Origin: Lama guanicoe
Lineage: Eukaryota
Length of the DNA: 64,000 nucleotides
Direction: 5' to 3'
NCBI GenBank assembly: GCA_013239625.1
Contig: MU054220.1
Coordinates: 7,661,367 to 7,725,366, forward strand
The notes under the pieces were generated by a model. That model did no database searches and was not told the origin of the DNA. It saw nothing but the letters and a program-made list of their open reading frames with translations. Positions 24,201-38,030 of this stretch are shown here, in pieces. Positions within the stretch are counted from its first letter, which is position 1. Every line of letters starts with the position of its first letter. The position numbers and the translations under genes are program-made.

Positions 24201-27022
24201 CATTCTCCCTGGTATCACGATGCTTTGTGCTCTTGCTCCCCAACTTATGCCCAGATCCTTGAAAACTGAGACCGTCAGCATATGACCAAACAGCACCTGG
24301 GATATTGTCTGGACATTGGTGACTTAAAGGTCCTAATAGACTGAATTTCTGGCTCTATCAAATTCTGTATTTTATTTCACAGAGAACACAAAATTATTAG
24401 TATACTTCACCCCTAGGAAAACTAACTCAAGTAATAGATTGAACCTAGAGATGGCTTATGCATGTTCCAGAATTACCTTCCATCTAATTTTCCAGAAAGG
24501 TAAAAACAAAATATTATACAGTGAGCTAAATTGCCAGCAGGGGAAAAAATTTTTAAGCTGGTTGCCATGGTAATTCCATTCCTGTATGCAATTCCCACTC
24601 AATTGAGCTTGATGGCAGTTGCGCTGAGTAATGAAATGGAAGTAAAGGACTGATGATTTTACTTGCTTTCAAAATGTCCACAATTAGAAGTGTACATCTT
24701 TCACGCCTTCCTTTTACTCTCCTCTTGTTTTTCTCTTTTACCAAAGGCTACTACTTTCACCACCATTTCACAACTACTATAAGAACTCTAGTGGGTGTAT
24801 CCATTCAAATACCTTCCCATCAGGACTACTCAGGTCAGAATAGTTGACTGGCAGGGTTAAATTCCTGGACACTGATTTTTCATGGGCCACATCTAGTAAG
24901 TTGTCAACAGCTTTCTATTTTGAGCTAATTATATTCAAGTATTCTGTGCAAGAGCCTAATTCATGTCAGAATTTAAATGATCACCTGATCATCTCCCACC
25001 TAAGCATTTAGGCTCACAAATTTGACACCAATATTAAAGTGAATACTACTTTCAGTTTTCTTTCCAGAAAATCACTGGAACTGTTGGATATATATAAAAC
25101 ATAGGAAAACCAAATGACCACACAAGAACCAGTCAAAGGATATTGAGACAAAAATGTAGGTTACTATCTATGTGTGGCTTTTGCCATGGTCTTTCCCTTC
25201 CTACACTCGTTCTTCTTTTCCTCAAACAGGAAAGCAAGCATTCCACACAGGCCTTTTGATGTGGATGTAAGGATTAACTGATACATGCCTGCAAAAGGTA
25301 ACAAATCTGGCAAATTCATTTCTTGTTATTGTAAATGATTGTTGTATTGCACACAACTACCTTTTTTTTTGCAATTTCTAAACTCAAATCCCTAAAGACT
25401 CTTTGTGGAGGAATTCTTTGGGTAATTGAGTAAGTAGGTGAGAAAGTAGGGGTGTGCCAATGCAACACCTAACATACACTGAGGGGAAACGATCCTCGCA
25501 AAGACCGTGTTCTGAGAGGGTGCAACTTACATGGCTCCCACTCTTACCATCATAGTCTTCCCCAAAATCGTCAGTTTGGATTCATTTCAGTTTATGGTGT
25601 TTTATTGAATAGAGGATTTCTTTAATTATAAAGAAATAGAAGATTTCTATAATTATAAGATAACTGAAAGCTTAATTGATGACAACTAACTCCACGCCAA
25701 GGAATGAGAACCACACACATGTAATTCTAGAATTGATTCTAAATGTGTTTAACAAATTATAAATACCACACAACTTCTAATGTAAAGCTCTAGTCCCTTT
25801 TCAGCACTACCAGACTTGTTAATTGCTTTGGTTGTGTGTTTCTTTTCTGTTTCAGTTTTCATTTCTTCCAGCTTCCACTTACTTGTGTTCCAGATCCTTC
25901 TGGTATCCTTCAGTCCACACTGGAATAGACTGTTCTCTTTCCTCAGGGCCCTTGTTCTATTTCAGGAAGGCACTCACTCTTTTATTTATTGTGAATTTCT
26001 CTGAAGATCTTCTCTCTTCAGTATGCTCTGGAAAATGGCTACTGGTTATTTGCTAAATTTGGGAAGAGACTGTTCTTTCACTGCTTTGCGCTGCCTCTCC
26101 CTTCCACTTCTGTGCTATGTTGAGGTGCAGTGTATTTTATTCCTTGTGTCCAGGAAAGTCACTTGCTCGTGTGAGCCTAAGATGAAAACTGTCCCTTGCG
26201 TTTTTAGCACCAAAGTAGTAGCTCTTGATAGAAAAACGTCTTGGCTTGATTTTCAATTTAGTACTTTATGCTCACCATAGGGTGAGGTATATTACTTCCT
26301 AGAAGTATGCTGATGAAAGAAAAGACCCATTATTCAGATGGTAAAATATATATATGGCAACAAATTGGACAAGCTGGAAGAAATGAGCAAGTTTATAGTT
26401 GGTAAAATAAAGAGTCACAGATAAATGTAGGTGTCTATCTCAACATTTTGTTTTTCCCCCATTCTTAAATTGACTTTTGCTTTCTATCTGCAGCCCTATT
26501 TTTCTACAAATTATTTCTTAGCAACTCTGAGTTATAATTCATACAACAATGTATTTTATTGTTTTTCCCTTTCTGTTTCATTTTCAGCTCAAGTAGAAGT
26601 CCATTTATATGTGTCCACAATAATGCCCTCCTGAAATTTCTAATCAAACATGTTTATCACATGAAGTTTTCCAAACATATCATTCTGGGTTTCTTGCTTT
26701 AGCTACCATTAGCTAGTTTCTCAGTAACATAGACCCCAGAACTCAATCAACTTTGATTTTCTCCATGCCATGATTTTAGTACATGATTCTACTGCTAAAA
26801 TCTTCTCTCAGATCTATTCCTTCCTTTCCACTTTGTTGCTATGACTTTTTTCCACACCCTTGTAACATTGTCATGGACTCTGACTTCTCCCTACTCAATT
26901 GCCTTGCTTCTGGAATATATTTACTTTTGTCTCATATAATGTTTCTATGCAGTTAGGTTCCACAATTATGATTACATTTTACTCTTTCTGAAAAACAGTA
27001 AGTGGCTTACCACTGTCTATAG

Positions 27023-27243
27023 CAGGGGACAGCAAAAATTTTCTTTAAAATGCCAAATACTTAAATATTTTAAGTTTTGCAATATATATGTGGTCTCTGC
27101 TACAGCTGCACTAAGCTGCCGTTGTGGTACAAAGGCAGTCATAGATAATATCTAAATTAATAGGCATGCATATATTCCAATACATTTTTTTCACAAAAAC
27201 AAGAAAGGTAGATTTGATCTGTGAGCAAATTTGCTGACTGCTG
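27023..27243 (+). mobile_element. MER58A hAT-Charlie MITE
   Basis: CAGGGGACAGCAAA...TTTGCTGACTGCTG inverted termini; internal AAATATTTTAAGTTTTGC and GCAGTCATAGATAATA. Confidence 0.85.
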
Positions 27244-27524
27244 TTTTGGCGTGACTTTAAAAACAAACTTTTTTTCCATCAAATATCTTAAACTACCATG
27301 CCATAATCTAGACCTTTTTTTTGAAATTTTGTTGTATTTTTATATTTAATGCATATTTAAATGCACATTGCATTTATATATATTAACATATATTTAAAAT
27401 AAATTACTATATATAGCAAAATTGATGATTGAAACATATGTGAAAATATATAGCATTTGGGTCCTTTTAAACCCAGTAAATTCAGGGACGCAAGTACTTC
27501 ATTTTAAGAACATTGGTCTGCAGA

Positions 27525-27915
27525 CTACAGCTTGACTTTCTTCTTGTCTTTCAATAGCAGCCATGCTCTTCTATAACCTTCCAAATACCTCCTTTTCAAT
27601 CCTAGTTTGCCCATCTCATAGTCACTCTTCTCTGTCTGGATCATTGCTCTAATCACCTTTACACTGTTTTTAAAGTACATTTTCGATGCTTTCTTGCATA
27701 AGCCCTCTTTGACTCAGCCAACCAGAGGTAGATTCATTCACTTCTGAAACCCCATGGAATTTACTCATATTTCTCTTTTGGCACATTATATGGTAGTCAG
27801 TTATTAACATAGATTGCTTCTTTGATTAGACTCTGAGATCCTAAGAAAGATTGGAATTTAAGTCCCACAGTGCTTGTGCAGAGTAAGGACTTCCTATTTA
27901 TTTTATGAGTGGAAG
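27525..27915 (+). mobile_element. L2 3' fragment (continues decayed L2 at ~26600-27020)
   Basis: ATTAGACTCTGAGATCCT...CCCACAGTGCTTGTGCAGAGTAAG tail. Confidence 0.55.
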
Positions 27916-28029
27916 AAAATCAGGTCTGTTCTGAGGGAAATGAAATAAGCACTGTGGATACTTTTCCCACCAATAGTGGGATTATCAAGGAGGAAGTCTA
28001 TTTCTGTAGAGGATTTCCTTATTCCTTTT

Positions 28030-28430
28030 CTCACTTAATCAACACTTATAAAATATCTATAAGATGTTAAGCATTGTTCTAGACATTATATTTAATAGGT
28101 ATGAACAGACTGACGAGGTCCCTACTTTCACAGATGACACTGTGGTGACTGGGGCTTGGTGTGGAAGGGAAAAATCATGCACGTGTATATACCATCAGGC
28201 AGTTTTATGTTTTATAATGATCAAGAATTGATGTTACGCTGTAGAGAGTGACTGGCTGGGGTATCTACCATTAGATTCCTCTCTGAGGAAATGACAACTG
28301 AGCTAAGAACTGTAAAATGAGGAGGAATGAGATATTCCAAGTTTTGAAAAAAGAGGAGTCTAAGAAGAAGGAGACAGATGAAAATCAGCACGATATGTCT
28401 GAGGGAAAAAAAGAAGACCAGTATATGTGG
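28030..28430 (-). mobile_element. L2 3' fragment
   Basis: GCATTGTTCTAGACATT...CCTCTCTGAGGAAATGACAACTGAGCTAAGAAC. Confidence 0.65.
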
Positions 28431-30174
28431 AGGTGAGATATATGTACGTGTATACACACATACATATTTCCTGAAAAGGAAGGGGAGCTACTGGGATTTC
28501 AGCATCACACACAGAATGTGCAAAGTAGAGAGTGTGGTAATAAGCATGGGGCGGTAGTCTAGTGAAGCATCAAGTTGATTCAACAGAGAAGAAGAAACGA
28601 TTTTTTTTCTCTCTCTCTTTAGGAAGTAGGTACACACTACTAGGAAGAACTTTGAGGGAATGCCTTGATCTGAGAGTCTGCGAATTTAGCTATAGGCAGA
28701 AGTGTGATACAGACTTGGAATTAGGAAGAGGTGGTATCACAGGCACATAGTTATATAAAGAGGTGCACTAACTCTGAATAAGCAATTAGATTGGTAGTAT
28801 CATAGGTTAGTTCACGATTGCGACGCTCAAGAAAGTCTTTTTTTATGGCGTATATAGCCAGGGCAGAGTTCCTTCACATCCTCAATAGAACCAATCCACC
28901 TCCACTAGGGACCAGAGGAACTGCTTGTTGGGTTTGTTTTTTTTTTTTTTCCCTGCTTCATCTTTAATGTTAATTCAGGGTGATCCTAAAGCTATCCGAG
29001 CTCCCTGCTGGTGTTCAACCCACATCAAATAATAATGAGAGGAAGCTTGAAGGTGACATCCTTCTAATCCAGTTTACAGAGACAAGTTTGTTCTTGCAGT
29101 AGCACACCATGGAACTTTAATAATTGAATAACTTTGTACAGAAAGAATTTACTTATCTCGACTTCTATCTTTCTCTTCTCCTGACATCTCCAGTGGGACT
29201 TCCAGAAAATGTATGCTTATTTTAAAGTTAAAATATGTTCCAAGATGACTCTATGCAGAGAGTAGTAAGGGTGTCTACTGTGATTCTCTGCAGCGAGGTG
29301 ACTTCCAAGAAGGGAAAGGAAATGTGGGCTCATGGTAACCCTTCTTCTCCCCGGAATATGTGCATTTCTTGCTGCTCTTGACGTCAGCACAAAAAATAAG
29401 GGCAATGATAGACTTTCCTGTTATAAATAAGTGGATCCAATGGGAAGAGAATTACTGTCTGTAACTCTTGCAAGAAAGAAGATTTTGTCACACTCTTACC
29501 ACCTCAACCCATCTAGAATTTATGAGACCGGATGATCTTGCTGTTGAAGGATCTGTTTTTCTAGCTACAGTGGTCTCTCTATCTACTAGGTGGTAGAGTA
29601 AAATAAATCTTTGTGTGTATTGGCTCATAAAAGAAATAATAGGCATTATCATCTTTTGGTTAAGGAAACTGAATATCATATAGATAAAAGACTGCATACT
29701 AAAAATTTTGCTATCTTAATATAAAATCATGAAAGCACAACTCTATGACTGAGAAGAGACTTTTCTGTTTCCCATGCAAGGAAACTAATGCCCTAGCTTG
29801 GTTCCATGGAACCCTGAGGGCTAGATATATGGTTCTAGGTATATAAGTAAATACACCTATATGTTTATTATATATATTAATATATATAAGATTTAGTGTC
29901 TTATACTAACAGCAATAAAAGAAATGGAGGAAAGCTTAGCCTATATTTTTCCTAGTATGTATTTATTCTTTTTAAAGTGATGGACACTATATTAGATGCC
30001 CCCCCCAAAAAAAGGATGTCTAAAAAATGGTTTCTGCCCTGAGAGATCTCATAGTTTAGCAAAAATGGAAAGTTTGATCAAAACTATAATGTATAATAAA
30101 GCGGACTGCAATGGAAATCTGAAGCAATTGCTCCAGAAAGAAAAATAAACCTGTAGGCAAATGGACTCATGGTC

Positions 30175-30700
30175 TTTTGTTTGTTTAGTTTTATGGTTAT
30201 TGCTTTTCGTATCCTAGCTTAAGGAATTTTTTCCTAATCCAACATCATGAGATTTTTTCTCCTATATTCTCTTTTAGAAGTTGTAGAGTTAAGCTGTTAA
30301 ATTTAGATGTGTGATCTATTTCATTATACATGATATATAAATTCTTCTAATACTTAACAAATACTAAAGCATCATGATTTCCAAACCAAAGATCAAACCC
30401 TACAGGATCACTTCTTTAAGAAGCAGCACTTCTGTTACTTAGTGTTTCACAGGAGCAAGGCTTTTTAAGTTAAATGTGAATACAAAATTTTAATACTTAA
30501 AAAATATATATACATAGAGACAGAAGGAGAGTGTGTGTGAGAGAGAGGATGAAAGGTCAAGACTTTTTGCATATGGATATCCAATTATTTCAACACCATT
30601 TTTTGGAAAGGATTACAGTTTCCCCATTGAATTATCTTGGCACCTTCTGCAAAACTCCCTTGACTCTGTAGCGAATTCGCAATTTTTGGATACTTTTCCA
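30175..30700 (-). mobile_element. Old L1 ORF2 fragments (interrupted ~30330-30530)
   Basis: TTCCTAATCCAACATCATGAGATTTTTCTCCTAT and CATATGGATATCCAATTATTTCAACACCATT. Confidence 0.7.
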
Positions 30701-33700
30701 TGTGGAGATATCTAGTCTCCTCCAATGAGACATACAAGTCTTTATTTTGTTTGCCTGCCTATCGCCTGGATGTCATTTTTCTCATTTTGGACAAGTGATA
30801 AAAAATTTTATACCAGAGACATGCTTTATACCTGAACACTGGAAGTTTGTGTACATATTTGGTCCCTGTGGGGAGAAGGCAGGAGAGCAAAACAAGCAAT
30901 TGTTCGTATTAAAAAAAAAAAAATCGAGTCTGTCACTCTGATAACTTAGATTTCGGTGGTTAAAAGACTTTAAATTATGTTTGATCACCCAGCAAATTTG
31001 TCACTTGTTCGTCGCCATGGGGTGCTGATAATGCTAGGTGACCATCTGGCCCGTAGGTCCAATGCCAGGAAGCAGGCACTTGGCAGAGCTGAAGCTACGA
31101 GCATTTCAGTTGTAGTAGAAGGGAAGCTGGACATTTCCTTCCCAGTTTGAAGCCATGAATTACACGATTTAACTTCAGAAGTCAGACTGGGAAAATAAGG
31201 AAACATTTTATCATCCTACATCAACTTGGACTTCTCAACTGAGATACTTAAACCACTTAGAGCTTACATACTAAAATGCAAACTGCACTGAAGTCTGCTT
31301 TGTTTTTTATTTTTCTGTCCTTCTTTTCTGAATTTTCAAAAGTCAGTATTTCAAAAGTGCCATAGGCGTGGTATAAATTTTTCATTTGAGTGCAAATGAA
31401 ATTAAGCTGCATTATATCCAGAGGCACAACCTTGTTAACAAAGTCTTAGTAAGGTTGTATTTTTTTTTTTTAATTTCTCACAGAAGTGTTCTGCAATTCT
31501 AGGTCAACTCAACTGTAATTTGGTCCAAAAGTATTAGTCAAGTCCTAATGATTCTGTTGACAATTTGGATACTCTGGCACCTTAATACTGTAGCAGCCTA
31601 GTATTAAGAAGGCCAAGACCATTAGCTTGAAATAGTTGGAACGCACACCCTTAGTGGCTGTCACAAAAGTCAGGGCCATTTTTGCAACCACAACGGGACT
31701 GTATGTTTTCCAACAGTGGATTTTTCCAGTGTTCTTTGAGAAAAAGTTAGATCTTTAGGTATCCCTCTTCTGTTCAAAAAACTTAAGTGATTCCCACTGT
31801 CAGTGAAGTACAATCTGAACTCCTGAGTTTGTCACTTAGATCCCTTTATGATCCAGCTTCACCGTCTCATCTAAACGTATTATTCTTCGAGCCCAAGCTT
31901 TACACATTTCATATGCTAAAAAACTTAGGCAATGTACTGGGGTTATATTGCAGGCCAGTTTAATTCCCTAATCAGTGTCATCCTGAGCAATTATGTGTTC
32001 ATTAGTTTCAACAGCAAGTGACCAACCTCGGTAGTTCACTTTTCTTACAGTATTTATTTTATTCAGCCTTGGCATTTCCATTTGGATACACATAGATCGT
32101 TTTATCTGGATTTCTTGAGCATGATCCATACCTCACTTAGCTATGAATCAGTATCCATCTCAGGACAGATCACAATACCTTGTCTTGGTTATAGTAGGTA
32201 CCTGCGGCAAGTTTGATAGAATAATGAAAAAAAATTGTTGATAATTTTCCAGCTTGAAAAATCCACACTAGAAATGTTCTAGGTACTGCTTCAAACCTGA
32301 CTTATAAGTCTTTCTAATTCTAGACGTCAATCATTTCTGAAACTGACAGCCTTTCATTTTAATAACTCAATATTAAGTTCCACTAAATGAAGTGTATGCA
32401 TTAATCAGCATCTGATATGAGTAACATCTGGCATGGCTTCGTGAGTGATTCAATTTCACTGTTCAGGTTCAACACTCTAGAGTCTTACCACAATACAAAT
32501 TATTCTTGTAAAACACTTCACTGGGTCATGGCTGGTAACACAGCATCTCCAATCAAGCTCACTGTCCCAGTGCTCGTCTCCCTGAAATACATAAAGCTAA
32601 ACATATGTAATCCTCCCTTTCCAAGCACCAATGTTAGAGTCAAATGTGACTTTATAGATGGATTTCAGGCGGCATCTCTCTATTACTTTCTGAGAAAAAG
32701 ATACCTCATAGGAATCTAAAATTTTGTTTTTTTTCTTCTGTTCTTACAGACAGGCATTTAGTGATTATTTATCCAACAGCAGAGGGGATTGTTAGCATGA
32801 CAAGTGCCAATTATTGTCAACGTTATCCATATGCAGGGGGTTTCAACAGTTGAAATGGTGAGTTTAATTTTAATCGTTTGAATTATTATCTGCAACGTAT
32901 GCACTGTAGGCTGTGAGTTCTGTGTATAAGTATTCTTGAAATCAGTTATCAGAGCATTGAATATTGAACACTCTGAAAAACAATTAGAAATATGAGGGTC
33001 ATTTTAAGTATGTTGTTATTTAGAATATTTAAAGAGAAGCTTTTGTTTTAGAAAATGTATCATAAAAATATGAAAAACACATGGAAATTCCAGAATTTGA
33101 GAATATTCATAAGTGATAGATGGAAAGCCTCTTATTTAGAGTAAAAAAAAAACCTCTTCTCTCTGGAGATAAGAAAAGCTTATTTTCTCATGATCCTTTA
33201 TAATTTTTTAAATAAATAATTAAATACGGAATCATAGATGTTTACAACCCAAAACCTTTTACTATTCAATCAAGTGTATTCTTCATGAGAGGAGGAGGAC
33301 AAGGAAGGAGGTAGTAGTGTTTTCAGTAAAGTCCAAAGCAAGTAAGATTTATAGTGAAGTAGGAAGCAAATAAGATGTTTTTGTAATAAATAATAGAGTA
33401 AGTCAAATTGATCCCTGAACTCCATTTGCAGGCCCCAAGACACGCACACAAATATACTGAAAAGAATGAAAGAGTCAAAGGATGTTCAAGGCAAGTGTTA
33501 TTTACTTGTTTGTTTACTTATACTATTTATTATAAGAACAATAGCCTCTAGATCTAGATTTATTGACAAAATTCCAGGATTTACAAATAACCTAATGGGT
33601 GACAAAGTTAAAGATGTAAAGAGATTGTTTCTAACATTTATGTGCAGTTAACTGACAATTAATTGATATTATTGTTCATTGGATGACTGACTCTACAATC

Positions 33701-33993
33701 CATAGAGTTTCCACTTTGCTCACACAGACAAAAAATTGCACTGGTTTATTTAGACAAAAAATATTAATTCTCCACCAGGCATATGATCTGCATTCTGGAC
33801 ATTCTTATATACATGGCATATTATAACTTATAATGAGAGTATTTGGATAGGGTTTCTCTAGAAAAAGTCACTTTGAGTCATGACAGAAACAATAATTTGG
33901 GAATTTAAGTTAAAAAAATCTAAAGTTACTAATCATGTAAATGAGATATGTACACAATTAAGAGCTGAGAAAAGAGTATATTACTTTTATATA

Positions 33994-34216
33994 CACTTGA
34001 CCCTTGAATAACAGGGAATTAAACTGCATGGGTTCATTTATACCTAGATATTTGTCAATAAATATATACTACAGTACTATAGGACTACATGATCTGAGAT
34101 TTGTTAAATCTGAGGATATGAAATCATGGATACGGGGGCTGATGGTTGTCATAAGTGAGGTTTTGACTGTGAGGGGGTTGACATCCTTAGCCCCTATGTA
34201 GTTCAAGGGCAAACTG
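33994..34216. mobile_element. Tigger2-family MITE (MER8-like)
   Basis: TIRs CACTTGACCCTTGAATAAC ... GTAGTTCAAGGGCAAACTG with TA on both sides. Confidence 0.85.
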
Positions 34217-34292
34217 TATATTGAAAAAAACAAACAAGCTGTAGTGGGACTTAATTCTGAAGAGTTTATACATGAGATGCTAGAAGGAAGTA

Positions 34293-34609
34293 CAGTTGTC
34301 CCTTGGTATCCACTAGAGATTGGTTTCAGGACTCTCTCTGGTTTCCAAAATCCAAGGATGCTCAAGTCCCTTATATAAAATGGTACAATATTTGCATATA
34401 ACGTATACAGATCCTCCTGTGTACTTTAAATCATCTCTAGATTACTTATAATACCTAGTAAAATGTAAATGTTTTGTAAGTAGTTGTCAGTATATGTGGC
34501 AAATTCAAGTTTTGCTTTTGGAACTCCCTGAAATTTTTTTCCATGTATTTTGGATCTGTTGCTGATGGAATCTGAGGATGTGGAACCCTTGGATACAGAG
34601 AGCTGGCTG
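34293..34609. mobile_element. MER2 TcMar-Tigger MITE
   Basis: CAGTTGTCCCTTGGTATCC ... GGATACAGAGAGCTGGCTG termini; internal GATGCTCAAGTCCCTTATATAAAATGG and ACTTTAAATCATCTCTAGATTACTTATAATACCTA. Confidence 0.9.
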
Positions 34610-35099
34610 TTCACTTTAATAGACCCACTTTTTTAATGTGTGATATTTGAATTCCTCACACACTATCTTCATTCTTTGAAAAAACATATAAAATATATTT
34701 TATAAACTTTTAAAAATATTTCATAATGAACTGATATCCTACCTTTTTTGTTTCAAAAAGAGTTAAGTTTCTAACTATTGATTTTTTTCTCACAGATAAT
34801 TTTCTGGAATTTTGATCCTTGGTTTTGAAGATAAACTTATAATATATAAACTATGGATCTGAGAAAAATATTTTTATTGATACCTAATATTTAGTTTATG
34901 CATTGTATGATAGTTACATTTTCATGCTCCATTTGGTTTTTTCTTCTGGCAATTGTTAGAGATAGCTCCTTGCATTCCTCTCAATTATCTGAATTAAGAA
35001 ACTTCCCAACTAGACTTAAAGCTATTATTTCCAGGCACTCTATCAGATATACATCATAATGCAAAGGGGTGCATGGTATAATAAAATGTGTATAAAATG

Positions 35100-35690
35100 T
35101 TTATTATTTATTGAGTATATACTATGGGTAAAATACAATATTAGATGTATTTAATGCTGGACTGTTCAATTCTTAAAGTAAAACATTTTGGAGTGGGTAC
35201 TAACATCCCCATCTTGTTGACTGAGATAATCAACTGATGTTTAAATGTTTAAACAAATAGTAGTTACTTGATAACTATTATTTGATACATGAAATACATG
35301 AATGAAGGAATAGATAAATGAGTGAAGAAATAAACAAGCAAATAATAAAAGAATGGGTAAATATTTAAGCTTCTTCATAGTGACCCACCTAAAATGTGAT
35401 GGAATTAGGATTTGGACCTGATCTGTGTAACTACGGAGAGCACAGATTTTCTTCAAAAGATCTTATCCTAGTGTTACAGTTGCTTGATGTGGCAGAGAGT
35501 AGTAATTAGGAACATAAATACTGATTCTCAAATTCTTCAATTCAAAAATGGTCTATCACTGTATGACCTTGAGTGAGCAATTAATCTGTCCTGAGCTTTT
35601 TATGTCATGTGTCTAATACTACCAGATTTGTGAAAGAATTCAATAAAGTAACGCAAGTAAATTAGTGAAAAAAAATATGTTATTATGTTA
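35100..35690. mobile_element. Two divergently oriented MIR remnants (minus ~35100-35450, plus ~35490-35690)
   Basis: ATCCCCATCTTG...GGATTTGGACCTG and TGTATGACCTTGAGTGAGCAATTAATCTGTCCTGAGC cores. Confidence 0.6.
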
Positions 35691-37609
35691 ATGACTTTGA
35701 TATTGAATAAACTGTGATCCAAATGGACCCTAAAAATACCTGATTAGCTGGTAAGACCCACATCCTCAACCTTATCCCAAAGAAGTCCTAAAATTTCCAA
35801 ATCCTCTAGAGATGCGTGTATACTCCAGAACAGCCTGGCTACAAAGAGCAAGAGCTGTATTGGCGTGGCTGAGGGTTTTCTCCAGAAAAAAAAGCTAGCA
35901 GTTGCATGTATTGGCTTATTCAAGTAAATTAAATTAGAGCTCATTCCTAGGTACTGATTTAGATTTCCAAAGGCTTTTTGTTTCTTCTTTCATTTTCACA
36001 ATAACTACAACGACAAGAACAAAAAAAATAAGGGGGAAAAGCATAATGGATAATTTTATTTTTATGCCCAGAAAAATATAGTTCTCCTCTCTCCCCTAGT
36101 CTTCCTTCCTCTCCTCGTCTCTTACCTCTTCTTCCAGCCCCTTGTCTCTGAACCCCCTCCTATCTCTTTTTGAAATCTCCAGCTCCAGTGACAGCCACCT
36201 CTACTTTACTTTCTAGGCAGCACACTGTTCTTCAGTCCTCCTGTTTATGACGGGAACTATTTTTTCTACAAAAGTTCAAAGTTGTAAGTATTAATGTCTG
36301 GCAGGGGTCCTATACTGCCTGACTTTTGCCCTGTCCCTACACTTGGCCCATCCTTCATTCTCAATGAAACTTCAGTTCCTCAGTCTTTTCCAGTTGTTTC
36401 AAATCATTTGCTTTGTTCCCCTTTCACTTATCTTTCTGGCCAATCGGGGTCAAAGATTCAAGAAATTTGACAATCTTATACCTTCCTTCGAACCCTCAAT
36501 TTCCTTGACACTCTGCTGCTTTCTTCTTCCTACTCCCTGGGCCCTGGTAATGCTCAGGAGTATTACTTTTATGCTCCCCAATCTTAGGCAATGGGTATTA
36601 CTGAGGAAATTCATGCTACTGTATTTCAGTAGGCTTCCATTATCACTTATTTTTTTTAAAAGTATCTGTTGTTCTAAAATAACTAGCACACCTCTCAGAG
36701 TGCTTTGCCTAAGCTCACTCCTCTTATTTAAACTCCCCACCTTTAAAAACCTGCCAATCTTCTATTATTTTTGTTGTATGTGATATTTATTTTCTTACTT
36801 AATACAAAATACATGTATTTGCTTTATACAACGCTTCTCTAAGTAAGATAAGCGTGCCTATCCCTGCAACAAACACATCTACTCTCATGCAATGAGTTGA
36901 ATTTAGAAATAAATAAAACCAAAAGAAGGACACACCTTCTTGGAATCTTTTATCTGCCAAAATGGAGTTGGGTGGGCAGGATCCAATCATGAGTAAGCAG
37001 TTCTTGGTTTCTAACGTCTGGCACAGAAGGAAGATAAGAAGACACACAAACAAGCAAACAAAAAACAGTCTAGATCACAAATGTAATCTAACTTCTCGAG
37101 GACAGCAGCTTGCTGAGACAGAGTCTGAAATCTGATCCCCCTGAACTTTCCTTAGAACTAGAACCTTTACTCTGTATCCAAAAGAGCTAGTTCGCAGCTT
37201 GAGTGTCATGATAATTATAGTTACTTCTAGCTGCAACTATCTGAGAGAGGAAACTCAAACACTGAGGGAGAAACACTAACATTGGTTGTTTTTCATTTCA
37301 TTACAAATACAACAGTTTCTGTTTAAAAGGCTCAGAGTTTCATCACTCACTGTGAAGGAGGAAATGAACTGATGGGATCTGAAACTATTTAGGTTTTCCA
37401 TTGTTGGTGGAACAGATCTAGATGGAAAATTCCAAAATTCACCTAGATACTTACTAGGGTAAATTGCAAAATTTAGACCAACTCTTTCAGACTTTTTTTC
37501 CTAGTTTATTTAGAAGCTGGAGGACATCTGAGGTGAATTTCTTCTACCTTTCTATACTGTGCGACAGGATCTGTGTTATTGCTTCCTATTTCCAGGTTAA
37601 CTGGTCAGC

Positions 37610-38030
37610 TTACCATAGTATCACGGATGTTGGCAGAAGACATTAGACTCTTGAGTCAGAGACAAAAGACAGTTACTCCCAGTGAAGCAGGAAGAATGAG
37701 CTTGTGTTCACGTGAATTTCTTCTGGCCCCCAAGGCCCATGGGATAAGGTGGAAAGACCCAGAGAGATGCTGTACTCATAGTGTGTTTTGTCACAGCTAA
37801 GGATTAGGGAACCCCAATTTTTAAGGGGCTGCTAGCAAACCAATCCAATATTTGCCTTAGTGAGAGACATCATCTTTATCATGCTGGTCAGGAAACAAAA
37901 CTTCCCTCTACCTGGGAAAGAGTTAGCACTTCTGTCCTCCAATAATTTTGTTATACAAACATCCTTGAAAAGAATAGTCCAGAACAAAAGCTCACATGAG
38001 ACCTGTGGAGGTGTGAGACTTGTCTCCAAA
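37610..38030 (-). mobile_element. ERVL solo LTR, LTR40-like
   Basis: Minus strand reads TGGAGACAAG...TTTTGTTCTGGACTATTCTTTTCAAGGATGTTTGTATAAC...GATAAAGATGATGTCTC. Confidence 0.75.

Noticed and set aside
31011..31030. Strong Kozak context GTCGCCATGG as a gene start
   Set aside because: Reads Met-Gly-Cys-stop; no CpG island or promoter context.
36343..36783. Longest ORF (146 aa) as a membrane protein
   Set aside because: TTG start and Leu/Phe/Ser bias expected from T-rich non-coding DNA.
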